Below, piece by piece: positions 9,301-17,638 of a DNA stretch of 37,372 nt (position 1 is the stretch's first letter; every line of letters begins with the position of its first letter). The notes beneath the pieces are model-generated. The model searched no databases and was not told where the DNA came from. It was given only the letters and a program-made list of their open reading frames with translations. The stretch lies in the sequence record SRR22947725_3405; one strand, given 5' to 3'. A program made the translations under genes and the position numbers.

Positions 9301-12300
9301 ATTCGTTACCGCAATCAGAGGAGGAAATACTGGTGGTAATGGCGTTTCAAGTGGCTCCAGTTCAAATGGCGCTTCCAACTCCGAATCATCACCACTGCTG
9401 ATAACGAGAGCAAAATCCTGCACCACACCATCCGGATGGTCGAAGACAGCATTGACATTAACGCGACGACCTATCACGGAGACAACATAGTTGGTGGATA
9501 GCGGACCATTGATGTAAACGTTCTCAACGTTATTGACCACATCCGAAGCAGCAACACTGTCGGACGCGGACATGCGGGTGAACAAGGAAGCTTCAACGAA
9601 ATCATTTCCGTAAAACACCTCCCCCGACAAGGCATTCGAAACAACCAAGTCAAGATCGTTCACGAGTTTGACACCTGCAGCAGGATTTCCCGGAGGATCC
9701 GTCCATACCAATGATACTCTCAAGGGGAATGCTCGTGCGCCATTGGTAGAGATATTCAAATCCCATGAAACACTGTCTCCCGTTCCTAAAGATCGCTCGG
9801 TGTCTTGATCAAAGAATTGTACTGAGGAGGTATGATTATCTTCCGTCTCAAAGAAACTTTGAGGCATGCTGTTGTTCAGACTCGGTAAACCCCATCCCTG
9901 ATAATTGACAAGTGGATCTATCTGATAATCATAGATGGTTCCAGATGACCTTGCACCATTAATCAATAATGCTTTCAAAAGTGCAGGACTGGGATTGTGC
10001 CCTTTCTCAGTCAGGTATTCCTGCATCAGGGCCAAACTACCTGAGACAACAGGAGCAGCCATGCTGGAACCAGATTCAAATCGATAATGAGGTTCGAGCC
10101 CCTCATTTAATTCAGCAAGGCCTTCATAAAAACCTTCCTCCTCCTCCTCGGTCACTACGGCTGTTTCGAGATCGAAAACCATAGTCTGTTCCGAGTTGTT
10201 CCCAATGCTGAAAAAGTATATGTTACCCGGAACCAGATTTAAGGGCGCCTGAGAATCCAGAGCTAAGGTCACAGTATTCAGTCCGAAAAAATCCTCAGTT
10301 GTCGGAAAGCGTCCCAAGGCTCCGTAAACAGGCAGATCAGGCAGGTCCAGAGGAGCATCTTCGTTGGTCCTGATGCGAACACGAACTTCCACACTGTCAA
10401 GCGGCACAAAAACTGTGATTGGATAAAGTTCTCCCGGGTTAACAGAAATACCTTCACGAAGGTTCAAAATCGTATTTTGCATACCTTCAGGGCTCTCCCA
10501 GTCCTTGGAGCGCGTGGATACTATATAAGTCCCTGGAGCGACCACATCGGGTTTGAATCGGCCACCCTCGCCTTCAATCCCAATACCGACGTTACCTCGA
10601 GAAGAAAATGAGGCCACCTCGGTAGCTGAATCCGTGTCAGCAAGGAATGCCTTTTCAAGCACTGGGATCTGGTTGGTTTCTACCACTCCCATATCATTGG
10701 TCGTGATTTGGTCCACAAAGCCAGTTACCACTTCGTTTGTAATGAAACGCAGCGTTTCAATTGCGCCAACAGTGATCACGTTTTTGGCAGTTGCAGGTGC
10801 CAGGATACTTCCCGGTGAGCCTCCTCTTCCACTTTGATTTCCGTTGCCTGCATTTCCTGAAGAAAACACGTAAACCATGGGCTGTTCTCCCTCCACATAA
10901 GGCAGCGCATCTCTCACGGCTGCATCAAAACTTGCAGAGGCCAACCCATATTCCTGTGAGTTGGGATAATTCCAACTGTTATTTGAAATCATGGCATTGG
11001 TACGACCTTCGGTGATATAATTGTGCTCAGCAGCAAGCGCTTGAAGTTCTTCATCCGACTCCAGAGGTCCGGAAAGTAAATCGATAGTCAATGACAGCAA
11101 TTCAGCCTCTGGGGCCATGCCATGGAAATTGGCATTTGTAGCAGAATTGATGATGTTGGTAATGGTGGGCGAGTTTTCCCCTGAACTTGCAAGGATACCT
11201 GCAACATGGGTTCCATGCCCGACAGAATCAAGGTGCCCTGAATAACGAATGGCTGATACCAATCCGGCAGAGCTGGTAGGCACAAGACCGGGATTGGTGT
11301 TATTTTGAGAATGGCCCGAGGATTCGACGCGACCTGTGAGGTCTGGATGCGTTGCATCAACACCACTGTCATTGATGTTAATCAGGACTCCAGAGCCAGA
11401 AAGACCATGATGGTTTTCATTGGTAAGATTGCTGCCGTCTGTATCCACCGTGACTCGCCCCCTTGACAAGTCATTTGCCAACTCTCGTTGGTGCCAGGGT
11501 TCGACCCACTGCACCAGATCTAAGTTCGCCAATGGTATCAGGCTGTCTGATGTGGCATGAACCACATACTGATCTCCGAAAGGAGAGTCAGTGCGGTTGA
11601 TTAATTGAAGTCCCAGTTGCTGCAGGGCAGATTCTGCAGCCAGAGATTCATCCGGAAAGACAGTCAAACTCAGCAGCGTTCCACTCTCCAGCTCTGTTCG
11701 TTCAACAGCTAAAGGCAGGAGTGATTCGCTAATTTTGAAGTAAGGTGCGTAGGGAACCACAGCGCGAACTCCACTGATGTTTTTCAGGTGAGTCATCACG
11801 TCAGGATCGGCACGAACCAACCATGCGTTGTTGGGGATGTAAGAAACTTTGTTGGCAGCTAATTGCTCTAGCAAGTGGGCTGGCAAGACTTCATCAAAAG
11901 GTTGATCGGTCTGGATGAGATAACTGCGAGTCCGAATGGGAGCTTGAAGATGAGAAGGTATCTTCAGAGCACGTCGTGAACTCGTGTCAATCAAGGCGTT
12001 GTTCAAGAGTAGCACATGATTTAATCGAACTAATTGATCGACTCCAACGGCTGTGTTCCTGAGACGATGAGGGTGCAAGGGGTCCTCGGGCAAAGGCTCC
12101 TGATAGCGAGCCAACACCTCAGGACTAGCTTGATTCGCGTGCCGTGTAGTTTGGTTCAGTTGAGTGAGCAGTGGTTGCCCGGCGCCATTCAAGCGGGGAA
12201 TTTTCACATTACCCGTGCCCGTCATGGCAGATGAAACAGCCTCTGCCTCCCTTTGCTTATCTTCCTGGACACGGTTCCCCAAGTTCCAGCAATAAACTCC

Positions 12301-12354
12301 CAGAACCATCAATAAAATCGCTATGATTACCCAAGTTTTCGCGCTCAATCGCAT
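3334..12354 (-). CDS. Giant (3006 aa) KP-43-like S8 subtilase with P-domains, PPC-like repeats and C-terminal repeats
   Basis: Catalytic triad INDSGVD, HGTHVAG and SGSSMAAP, with oxyanion SSGNAG. KP-43-family motifs ATAKNVITVGA, FSSRG, RFKPDVVAPG, QGWG and LVWTDPPG..LVNDLDL. N-terminal hydrophobic helix followed by a prodomain. Confidence 0.92.
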   Translation of the reverse strand: MRLSAKTWVIIAILLMVLGVYCWNLGNRVQEDKQREAEAVSSAMTGTGNVKIPRLNGAGQPLLTQLNQTTRHANQASPEVLARYQEPLPEDPLHPHRLRNTAVGVDQLVRLNHVLLLNNALIDTSSRRALKIPSHLQAPIRTRSYLIQTDQPFDEVLPAHLLEQLAANKVSYIPNNAWLVRADPDVMTHLKNISGVRAVVPYAPYFKISESLLPLAVERTELESGTLLSLTVFPDESLAAESALQQLGLQLINRTDSPFGDQYVVHATSDSLIPLANLDLVQWVEPWHQRELANDLSRGRVTVDTDGSNLTNENHHGLSGSGVLININDSGVDATHPDLTGRVESSGHSQNNTNPGLVPTSSAGLVSAIRYSGHLDSVGHGTHVAGILASSGENSPTITNIINSATNANFHGMAPEAELLSLTIDLLSGPLESDEELQALAAEHNYITEGRTNAMISNNSWNYPNSQEYGLASASFDAAVRDALPYVEGEQPMVYVFSSGNAGNGNQSGRGGSPGSILAPATAKNVITVGAIETLRFITNEVVTGFVDQITTNDMGVVETNQIPVLEKAFLADTDSATEVASFSSRGNVGIGIEGEGGRFKPDVVAPGTYIVSTRSKDWESPEGMQNTILNLREGISVNPGELYPITVFVPLDSVEVRVRIRTNEDAPLDLPDLPVYGALGRFPTTEDFFGLNTVTLALDSQAPLNLVPGNIYFFSIGNNSEQTMVFDLETAVVTEEEEEGFYEGLAELNEGLEPHYRFESGSSMAAPVVSGSLALMQEYLTEKGHNPSPALLKALLINGARSSGTIYDYQIDPLVNYQGWGLPSLNNSMPQSFFETEDNHTSSVQFFDQDTERSLGTGDSVSWDLNISTNGARAFPLRVSLVWTDPPGNPAAGVKLVNDLDLVVSNALSGEVFYGNDFVEASLFTRMSASDSVAASDVVNNVENVYINGPLSTNYVVSVIGRRVNVNAVFDHPDGVVQDFALVISSGDDSELEAPFELEPLETPLPPVFPPLIAVTNGIPRLEDRVGANAPLLGTTNGLAQQWQFYTFTNSLPSTNDVGFTNGPNVAFVTFLPPELGKPRVSEADIDLYVSRDAGLLDLDEGVVSAAAKSLNQGGTEVVLFENQPLGDDVVYYVGVKSEDHQGAQYAMVGLSQEEPFDFTDQNGNRVFRGIPLNQGIIPDGTPGSPGAGLGIAIGNPLNGLTVQSVVVEQTVFHEDIGDLLGSISHNGVSAVLNNHTLLSPQGSSIFLDGLYDDFGVFPNSIPSDGPGNLINFIGENGVGVWLMTMVDNALSQTGRLSGFRVVATPNQLLDENGLFATVQAESFRYFFVEVPPDASAFTANLTEFDLPLDLYLRLEELPTQTIFDKRALGVEGENIVTVTMTPRDIPPLNAGRYFIGVYNPHPVAVDFRLTFNIERNLIIDSEQPFFPDELEVPILDFAQTDSDIFVADSRRVAEAKIGLRIDHPRLSDLSMHLVSPQGTRVLLAENRGQDINTGLGSGTSDEPVFAGFSDDEEDADTLIKFARGPFTTNAVTSITPISGFEQAPNGIIAAVESFPADDAGNMWDVISGRVRIVNRNAPEGRKFAYVFSSRMAITIPTPPGRKFDLFYSTRSSAGRGSPVGLAFLDGRQAQVVDGSLRWRRNTPIRFVPARPETLLEFTFVKGRPAMSLDDIEIRDAAVVKYYFPEEPLEVFKGESALGNWSLEINDTRDGAIEPPPILQNWQLLLSLANTNVQAETLRNGQCFTGKLDADEVHYFIVETPRIATMATNWLTGTGDLEMWFDNTGVPTGDSPPDVIPSIDFNGTDEGEGMLLSLGGMTFFDSETNQLGTLPEPALQPGQRYYLAVANRKSSFKQDYELCLQFDADDVQIIALTNTIPFSNTIPFTDDLQMQYYRYRAASNVVELDIELEPANGDVNMVEKYGLPLPNLAVFDQRSELPGLLKDQLFETNKPPATIFPGSYYIGVYNAEANRTDVDYQITVTETTVPYNVIRLTDGESIDFKVGDNFASDDAKVENYFLFEVASTNAVAARFEIFGADGDAQFALKKEELPTFESNDRLGSVFADRPGSGKLIVRTNDILPSLDGNWFLSVLNQQTEDLNFTIRASLETNQPPVITLENNLWRTNTVAIKQPDFPQEINYYRFVVDPAAEEVTFTLDPIAGGAEANVDLILRKDQLPSLTDLDDFSFSDNSITETIVLNASTAVALSGGEWFLGVINREAEDQVTYRVRAAQSVDVPATPLQNEIWVTNAIAGNQPGLPAIPEIYYFDVDEDTIDVTFTLSNLEGGQNGNLDLLLKFGSPPVLSAFDTASVNPGNVDEVIQLNQDSSPVLVPGRWYLSVINRETTAVDYRIMANAKFDESPDIIVVPVDIIFLGDEICVSWESEIGQSYWVEGKVLEEDPVWDGLAGPIIAGDVYSEYCFDLPIEYQLFRVVIRLDNQTPSDYIDPVVDVQGDQLCLNWNAETGSRYRIQGRTSLLEVAWNNVDEVVADRSDMQYCLALDTPYRFFRIEPIEGEDPPAPPVIDPVLALVGDQLCMDWATEVNRSYVVQAKVNLEEEAWTDLSSLIAIGEITQYCVDLPAPYRFFRIVVGDLVSPPREEVFVDVVLSVGDNEICLDWDSETGRTYQIEGLVDLRDGDWAVIDTFIADANQSAYCLALPTEIRFLRVLAGDIEAPVDTVEFIDAILQIEDKQICLEWPSQAGDIFTVEARSGLQDSVWTAIEQVQATGDQTRYCVQLPTKFRFFRIRSGGGDPQPPGDRVISAFIDPVIEFDQNRICLLWTATEGSDYVIQGNSGVTSLDWQQVEVITANDANMQFCVSLPTTYQFFRIGELAGQPGVPVEPVVLSYIDPIMALADDQVCLSWSSTTGEAYQVEATSDISVGNWSVLETLESNGNSLTHCIDLPAEHAFYRIAVLEGNPREEGKEPGDAAPANIDSVSFANGQITVRWSGMSGFAYRISFANSLLGPWSDIPQVIISETDSFEFVDDGSLTGGLLSPRFYRVNLLPTP
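3610..5260 (-). repeat. Seven tandem ~75-80 aa protein repeats, each with two conserved Cys
   Basis: Approximate consensus (F/Y)ID....D.(I/L)CL.W....G..Y.(V/I).....L....W...YC..LP..(Y/F).FFRI recurs 7 times. Boundaries are approximate. Confidence 0.85.
5290..7140 (-). repeat. Five tandem PPC-like beta-sandwich repeats in the protease
   Basis: Recurring YF/YY.F.V...DL.L....LP....D...G.(W/Y)(Y/F)(L/I).V.N units. Further copies lie at about 8110-8400 and 8900-9230. Confidence 0.7.
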
Positions 12355-12389
12355 ATCGTTATAAATCCAATTTTACCTGTCTCCCTATC

Positions 12390-12405
12390 AGCGGACTTCA
12401 TGCCA
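12390..12405 (-). promoter_or_regulatory. Sigma-54 -24/-12 promoter candidate for the protease gene
   Basis: TGGCATG-AAGT-CCGCT has GG-N10-GC spacing, lies in the 65-bp gap 35 nt upstream of the ATG at 12354, and is correctly oriented. Confidence 0.5.
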
Positions 12406-12419
12406 TTCTGATCTTTTCA

Positions 12420-15400
12420 TCAATCAAACGGAAGCGATGTTTCACTTTCCACGGTAGCCTGCAGGTTGGTGATGGAACCATCATACCTGACCACTCGGCG
12501 AAATAAATATTCGCCTGTCACTTGATAGTTGGTGCAGATATTAAAAAGCCGTGGCGGTTCGGGGTCCGTTCTCAACGACTGATCTGCAGGTCTCAAAGAC
12601 TGCCCATAGGCATAAATCGTTACTCGAGGTTCGTCCGCTTTTAACAGTGACAAGATCTGTTGAGGAATTCGCTCATAAGCAAAGTCATCAATACCGCTTT
12701 GATACTGCACTAAGTCTTCCCAATCCAAGTACGGAGATTGAAGAGTCAAAGCCGGAGCTGAAAGCACTTCACCCAAATGCTGAAATCTTCCATTGCGGAA
12801 AAATCGTCGCACACCATTAATGCCGCTCGGGCCATTAACCATCGAACCCATTTGGGAGGGTTGATTCTGATTCTGGGGCAAAGCTTGTAGGCCTGCCGGC
12901 TGGATAGTTTGCGCACGGAATCGTGCCTGCTGAATACCATCCAGATCACGATTCAAAACCTCAGCCGTACTTGAATTCGTCTGGACCACAACACCCGATA
13001 AAACGGCAGACCATGCAGCCAACCCTGGCTGATTGACTGACAATAAACCTCGAGCCGCGTTGTCATCGAGTGCAGTTGTAAAATGTTCAAGAATCTTCCA
13101 GTCATTCGTAGGGTGAGTGCCCATACTGCCCGACCAGTTCATCCAGTTACGCTGTGCAATGGCCATCACGTTGGCGCGAGACCCATCGATTTGCCCCACC
13201 TCATCACTGAAACCAACGTTCAAGTCTCCATCCAGAGTTTGAAATGGATGACCCTCTGCGAGAGGAGAACTCGCCAGAGGAAGATCTGTCACGTTGAGTA
13301 TCCGCCCTGCCCCATCCGTTCCGATAGCTGACTTCAAGTAAACAGTCTGCCACGGAGTACCACGGTGGACACGCCCGAGCCAGCCTATGTTGGGATATCG
13401 ATTGGTTGGAAATTGCCAATCATCCGAGCTGCGAATAAGAGGGTCTTTGAAAGCGACATTATACTCGGAGACATCCGCACCTGCACCGGAGGGCCATGGT
13501 CGATAGCGCGTGTTGATCTTTTCAATATTATGTATGCGTCCATCCAAAGCTCGATTCGGAGGATCAACCAATTCACTCCTCACCGCGCGACCTTCCAGGT
13601 CAGTAAGATCCTCAACGGTGTAATGAACCAAAGGATCATTTGCCTGCCAGGTATTGTAAATGACTTTCTTCAGCGTAGGAGTGAACGGAATCTGGCGTAT
13701 GAAACTCTTGCGTGGATCTTTCAACCTTTGAAAGGCGAGGGCAAGTTGTTGGGCAGACATGAATTTCGGAGGGAAACCGAGGAATGTACGGAAGAGGTCG
13801 ATAGACTCTTCACGATCTCTCCCCGTCCCTCGAGCACGAAAACTGTTCCACAGCTGCTGGGAGACTGGAATTTCATCAAGCGAGGTGAATATTTGGTTGA
13901 TGACTCCTTCGGTTGGAGCATTGATTGTATTTGCATTTCCAAGTCGGTTGGTCGACCAGAACATACGTGAGTCCCCAGACCCTCCGTAATTGGAGACGGG
14001 GCTGGACTGCCCAGAACCATATGCCCCAAGAAGCTCGCTGGTGACATCCATGCGTGTCACAAGATTGTCGAGATTCACGTAGTCCAGGATTCGCTGAGTC
14101 TGCTCATCGAGGATGTAGAACTGGACTCGGTTCGTCATGGCTAGACCTATTTGAGGCGAAGGAAAAATATTTCGATCTGGAAACAAGTTATCAGGAACTA
14201 ATGTGGTTGGAATCAACCTGCCTGTGGTGTGTTCGTAAATACTTTTTGGAACAGGAATCGCGGTGTCCTGGATGGGAATAACAAACTGATTCCCTTCCCA
14301 TTCATTGGCCGGCAGTAGGTTATTATCAGGAGCTGGCGCGAATGTACTATTGACCAGAACCCGGCCAAGTTGATTCGTCAAAAGCATGCTGCACTGCACT
14401 TGTGCATGCAGCCTGATGGGCCGCGGGAAATCATTTGTGTAGGAATTCCAGGCTTCCAAAGCGCACATGTTGGAAATACTCAGCACCATCATCTGGTTGG
14501 TCCGCCAAGCATTCATGGGGGCATTTGGAGCGGTTTTATTGATCTCCAGTTTACGCGTCAGTTCGAGCGTAGTAAGCACTCCATACTCATTGAAGTTGGG
14601 TAATCCTTTTTTGGCAGCAATGACCCAGGGTATCCCCAAGACGTTGTCATCAGGTTGAAGAACATCACGCTGCGCTTGGAATTTCAAATCACGAAAAGGT
14701 CTTTGAAGCTGCACTGGAGCATCATTGGTGACTTCGATAAAGTCTGAAATAGAGACGATGCCTTCGTCACTCACATTGAATCTGGGACGAAAAACCAACG
14801 GGAGTCGTTCTACCGTCTCACCCGCAAGGCGGGCCGATGGTCGGTTGGTCGTTACCGGTTCTGTCATGTTGGCTGCTAATTGTAACAGCTGGTGCACATT
14901 CGCAGTGTATTCATTCACCCCGGGAACAATTTCCGGCCAAAGCCGAATGTTGGTTAAGGAGAAGTTACGATTGACGTAGGTGTCACCCACTCTATGAAAA
15001 TTCGTTCCGGCTATTGATATCTGCTGACCCTGAGTATTCCTTACGTTGAAAGATGGAGGATTAGTCGTGATGTTCCCCATCAACAAACGCTGAGCTGAAC
15101 GCATGAACAAGTCTCGAGGCTGCCAATCAACGAAATTGGTCTGATGATTGAAGATCGCATTTTGAGGTTCAAACCGGTTGTCGTAATTGAGATGTATTTT
15201 TTTGGTTCGGACTTCACGGAGCCGAGGCGCGTTATCTTGAATGGCAAGACGGTAAGAACGGGATTCAGTATCTGGGATGGACTCCGAACCTAACTGAGAG
15301 ATCAATCTGTAATAAGTGTAACGATCATAAGTCGAGGCAGTAGGCAAAGCCGGAGCGGTTTTGACGCGGCCCGTGATACTTTCCTGAGAACCAAATTGGC

Positions 15401-16547
15401 CATTGGCATTGGGTATTCTACCGTCATTAAACAATTCCTGAACATCGTAAAAAGCTCTGTGGAAGTCACTACCCCACCAGGCATTTGCCGTGTTATCTGC
15501 AACATCAAGCGCAAGCCAATTTTGATTTTGCAGATAAGGCCCGTTAGCAAAGATATCCACGTAATCTCTCTGCATCTGCATTTGCGTTGGGTTCGCAATC
15601 AAATTTAAGGGCGTCAAGGGGCGATTGGCGCGACGATAATTAAGGATGGAAAAGGCATCACGGAACGAATTCCCTGCGTTTCCAGCTCCATTCAAGGGTC
15701 CTGCGTATTGGTATTGGGTCCAAATACGAGGATTCAGATCGCGCAGAAATGAACCCAGATTAATTTCCCATGGACCAATCCCCTGATTGCGCACAAAGGA
15801 GTCCTGAGAATTGATTTCCTTGATCTGATTATGGATCGTGTTCAAGTCAAGTGTTCTACCTTCTGGGATCACTATGTAGGCAAATCTACCGATGAACCTG
15901 TTCGTTGATGAATGTGGCAACCCTGGATCTTCAAGGACTCCAACCCATTGAGGGTCTCCCACATTACGAGTCCAGACGGGCAATCCTGATTCAGAGTCTG
16001 TTAACTGCCGATTGTCTTCGCTGAAAGAGGGAAGCAATCCTGTCGGCTCGAATCGACCATTGCGGTTAAAATCCAAGTAAAAGCGAAAATCGATCTGACG
16101 CTCATACTGTCTTGATCGGGGGTTGTATTCAATATCCTCAACATACACAGGCGGGCGGGGGTCATAAAACTGATTCCCAATATTGACCGCTTGATTGTAC
16201 GGATCCCCGATCGGATCCCCATTGGGGAGGAAATAATTTACGTTGTGAGGATCAAAATTAAAATTAGAGGCATTGTAACCGTCAGGGTTAAAGAAGTTGG
16301 TAGAGACAGTGTAGTCAAAGTCAAAACGATTTGAAGAACTGAGGATGCGCCCCACTACTTCCGATTGAGCCCTGGCCATACCGGCCTCTGCGGCAAGCTT
16401 GGCCGTAATATGGTCGGTTGTCACCACAACCGTTGCGCGCTCACGCCGACTCACTCCGAGAAAAACAATCGCCATCAAAGTCACCACTGATAGCATGATC
16501 AGGGTGATGACCAAAACGACACCTTGCTCTTTGGTTTTTACCTTCAT
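12420..16547 (-). CDS. Giant PilX/GspK-like minor pilin (Verru_Chthon protein A-like), 1375 aa
   Basis: Class III signal lacking Glu5 (KEQG|VVLVITLIML). GspK-like motifs LDLN, GLLSVNQ, RFQHLGEVL and VTIYAYGQ..RRVV. ATGA overlap with the upstream gene. Confidence 0.8.
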   Translation of the reverse strand: MKVKTKEQGVVLVITLIMLSVVTLMAIVFLGVSRRERATVVVTTDHITAKLAAEAGMARAQSEVVGRILSSSNRFDFDYTVSTNFFNPDGYNASNFNFDPHNVNYFLPNGDPIGDPYNQAVNIGNQFYDPRPPVYVEDIEYNPRSRQYERQIDFRFYLDFNRNGRFEPTGLLPSFSEDNRQLTDSESGLPVWTRNVGDPQWVGVLEDPGLPHSSTNRFIGRFAYIVIPEGRTLDLNTIHNQIKEINSQDSFVRNQGIGPWEINLGSFLRDLNPRIWTQYQYAGPLNGAGNAGNSFRDAFSILNYRRANRPLTPLNLIANPTQMQMQRDYVDIFANGPYLQNQNWLALDVADNTANAWWGSDFHRAFYDVQELFNDGRIPNANGQFGSQESITGRVKTAPALPTASTYDRYTYYRLISQLGSESIPDTESRSYRLAIQDNAPRLREVRTKKIHLNYDNRFEPQNAIFNHQTNFVDWQPRDLFMRSAQRLLMGNITTNPPSFNVRNTQGQQISIAGTNFHRVGDTYVNRNFSLTNIRLWPEIVPGVNEYTANVHQLLQLAANMTEPVTTNRPSARLAGETVERLPLVFRPRFNVSDEGIVSISDFIEVTNDAPVQLQRPFRDLKFQAQRDVLQPDDNVLGIPWVIAAKKGLPNFNEYGVLTTLELTRKLEINKTAPNAPMNAWRTNQMMVLSISNMCALEAWNSYTNDFPRPIRLHAQVQCSMLLTNQLGRVLVNSTFAPAPDNNLLPANEWEGNQFVIPIQDTAIPVPKSIYEHTTGRLIPTTLVPDNLFPDRNIFPSPQIGLAMTNRVQFYILDEQTQRILDYVNLDNLVTRMDVTSELLGAYGSGQSSPVSNYGGSGDSRMFWSTNRLGNANTINAPTEGVINQIFTSLDEIPVSQQLWNSFRARGTGRDREESIDLFRTFLGFPPKFMSAQQLALAFQRLKDPRKSFIRQIPFTPTLKKVIYNTWQANDPLVHYTVEDLTDLEGRAVRSELVDPPNRALDGRIHNIEKINTRYRPWPSGAGADVSEYNVAFKDPLIRSSDDWQFPTNRYPNIGWLGRVHRGTPWQTVYLKSAIGTDGAGRILNVTDLPLASSPLAEGHPFQTLDGDLNVGFSDEVGQIDGSRANVMAIAQRNWMNWSGSMGTHPTNDWKILEHFTTALDDNAARGLLSVNQPGLAAWSAVLSGVVVQTNSSTAEVLNRDLDGIQQARFRAQTIQPAGLQALPQNQNQPSQMGSMVNGPSGINGVRRFFRNGRFQHLGEVLSAPALTLQSPYLDWEDLVQYQSGIDDFAYERIPQQILSLLKADEPRVTIYAYGQSLRPADQSLRTDPEPPRLFNICTNYQVTGEYLFRRVVRYDGSITNLQATVESETSLPFD

Positions 16548-17638
16548 TGTGTTTCCAAACTGATACGGTTCGCGGTGGATAGCGGAATCATACGACGAAA
16601 GAGATGCACCGCCCCGGGTTTATCTTCGAGAAATTGACGCGCTGCCTGACTGTTGGGCATGGCTTTCATGCGAGCGAGCACCTCTGGATCCAGCACTCCT
16701 ATTTCAAGCTCCATGAAAGCCGGTAAGGCATTTCCGTAAAAACGATATCGGGTCTGTCCACTCAAAGCTTCAGCGTTGATTGATTCTTGCTCCAATATTG
16801 TATCAGCGTATTTAAGATTGACGACTTGATTCGGGGTATTCAGGAATTCATTGTAGTAAAGCATCGGTCTTCCATCGGAATCAATGGGTTGCATGTTAAA
16901 ATGGACCACGCCTTCGATCAGAGGTGAGACGCTGAGATTGAAAACACGGTTGGTAGCCTCACGAGGTGCCACAGTTTGAACAAACTCATAATGTTCCCAG
17001 AAATTGCGCAGGAGGTTTTCATTCATCTTACGGTTGGGCTGATAACGGTCTTGAATGCGACTGGCTGCAAGATCAACGTTCACCGAGGAAAAACGAAATA
17101 GAGTCCCAAATCCCAAGCTCTGCGTTCCAGGGTCAGCCACAAAATTGGTACCGGGAGAGAAAAAATAACCTTTGGCAACCCAGTTCAGATTAGACCGCGT
17201 CAGGAAGAAGACATTCTGAAGTGTGTTGGTTCTGAGGGATCCATCAACCAATTGCTGAAACACTGGGCGATAATTATAAGCGCGATCGATTGTTCCCTGC
17301 ATGTGAGGTCTTTGAGCGCTGTTGGACTCGAGACCGATGACCGGTAGCCCCGGGGCCTCAGCTTTTTGTATGTCCTCTACCAGCACTTCGATAGCTGCCC
17401 TTCCACCACCCAGAATATCTACCTGCTTGGACGTTGCCAGCAGAGCTTTCTGAGTCTGATTGAACATGGAAAACAAACCAAAAACAATGACCGACATGAT
17501 CGACACCGCCAATAACACCTCAACCAGAGAAAACCCAGCGAGACCAGCTTTACCCGGTGGCAGGGAACCGCGTCTCAACTGAGTCGAGACTCCGGTCAGA
17601 TTACTTGGTATCACTTTGTTAAGAGCTGAAAGCATCAT
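16544..17638 (-). CDS. PilW/GspJ-like minor pilin (Verru_Chthon C-like)
   Basis: Prepilin site AG|FSLVEVLLAVSIM. ATGA overlaps on both sides. Confidence 0.8.
   Translation of the reverse strand: MMLSALNKVIPSNLTGVSTQLRRGSLPPGKAGLAGFSLVEVLLAVSIMSVIVFGLFSMFNQTQKALLATSKQVDILGGGRAAIEVLVEDIQKAEAPGLPVIGLESNSAQRPHMQGTIDRAYNYRPVFQQLVDGSLRTNTLQNVFFLTRSNLNWVAKGYFFSPGTNFVADPGTQSLGFGTLFRFSSVNVDLAASRIQDRYQPNRKMNENLLRNFWEHYEFVQTVAPREATNRVFNLSVSPLIEGVVHFNMQPIDSDGRPMLYYNEFLNTPNQVVNLKYADTILEQESINAEALSGQTRYRFYGNALPAFMELEIGVLDPEVLARMKAMPNSQAARQFLEDKPGAVHLFRRMIPLSTANRISLETQ

Noticed and set aside
13365-13970. Long antisense ORFs (also 21982-22794, 22547-23056, 32443-32880)
   Set aside because: They lie opposite well-supported genes and have no protein motifs, so they are shadow ORFs.
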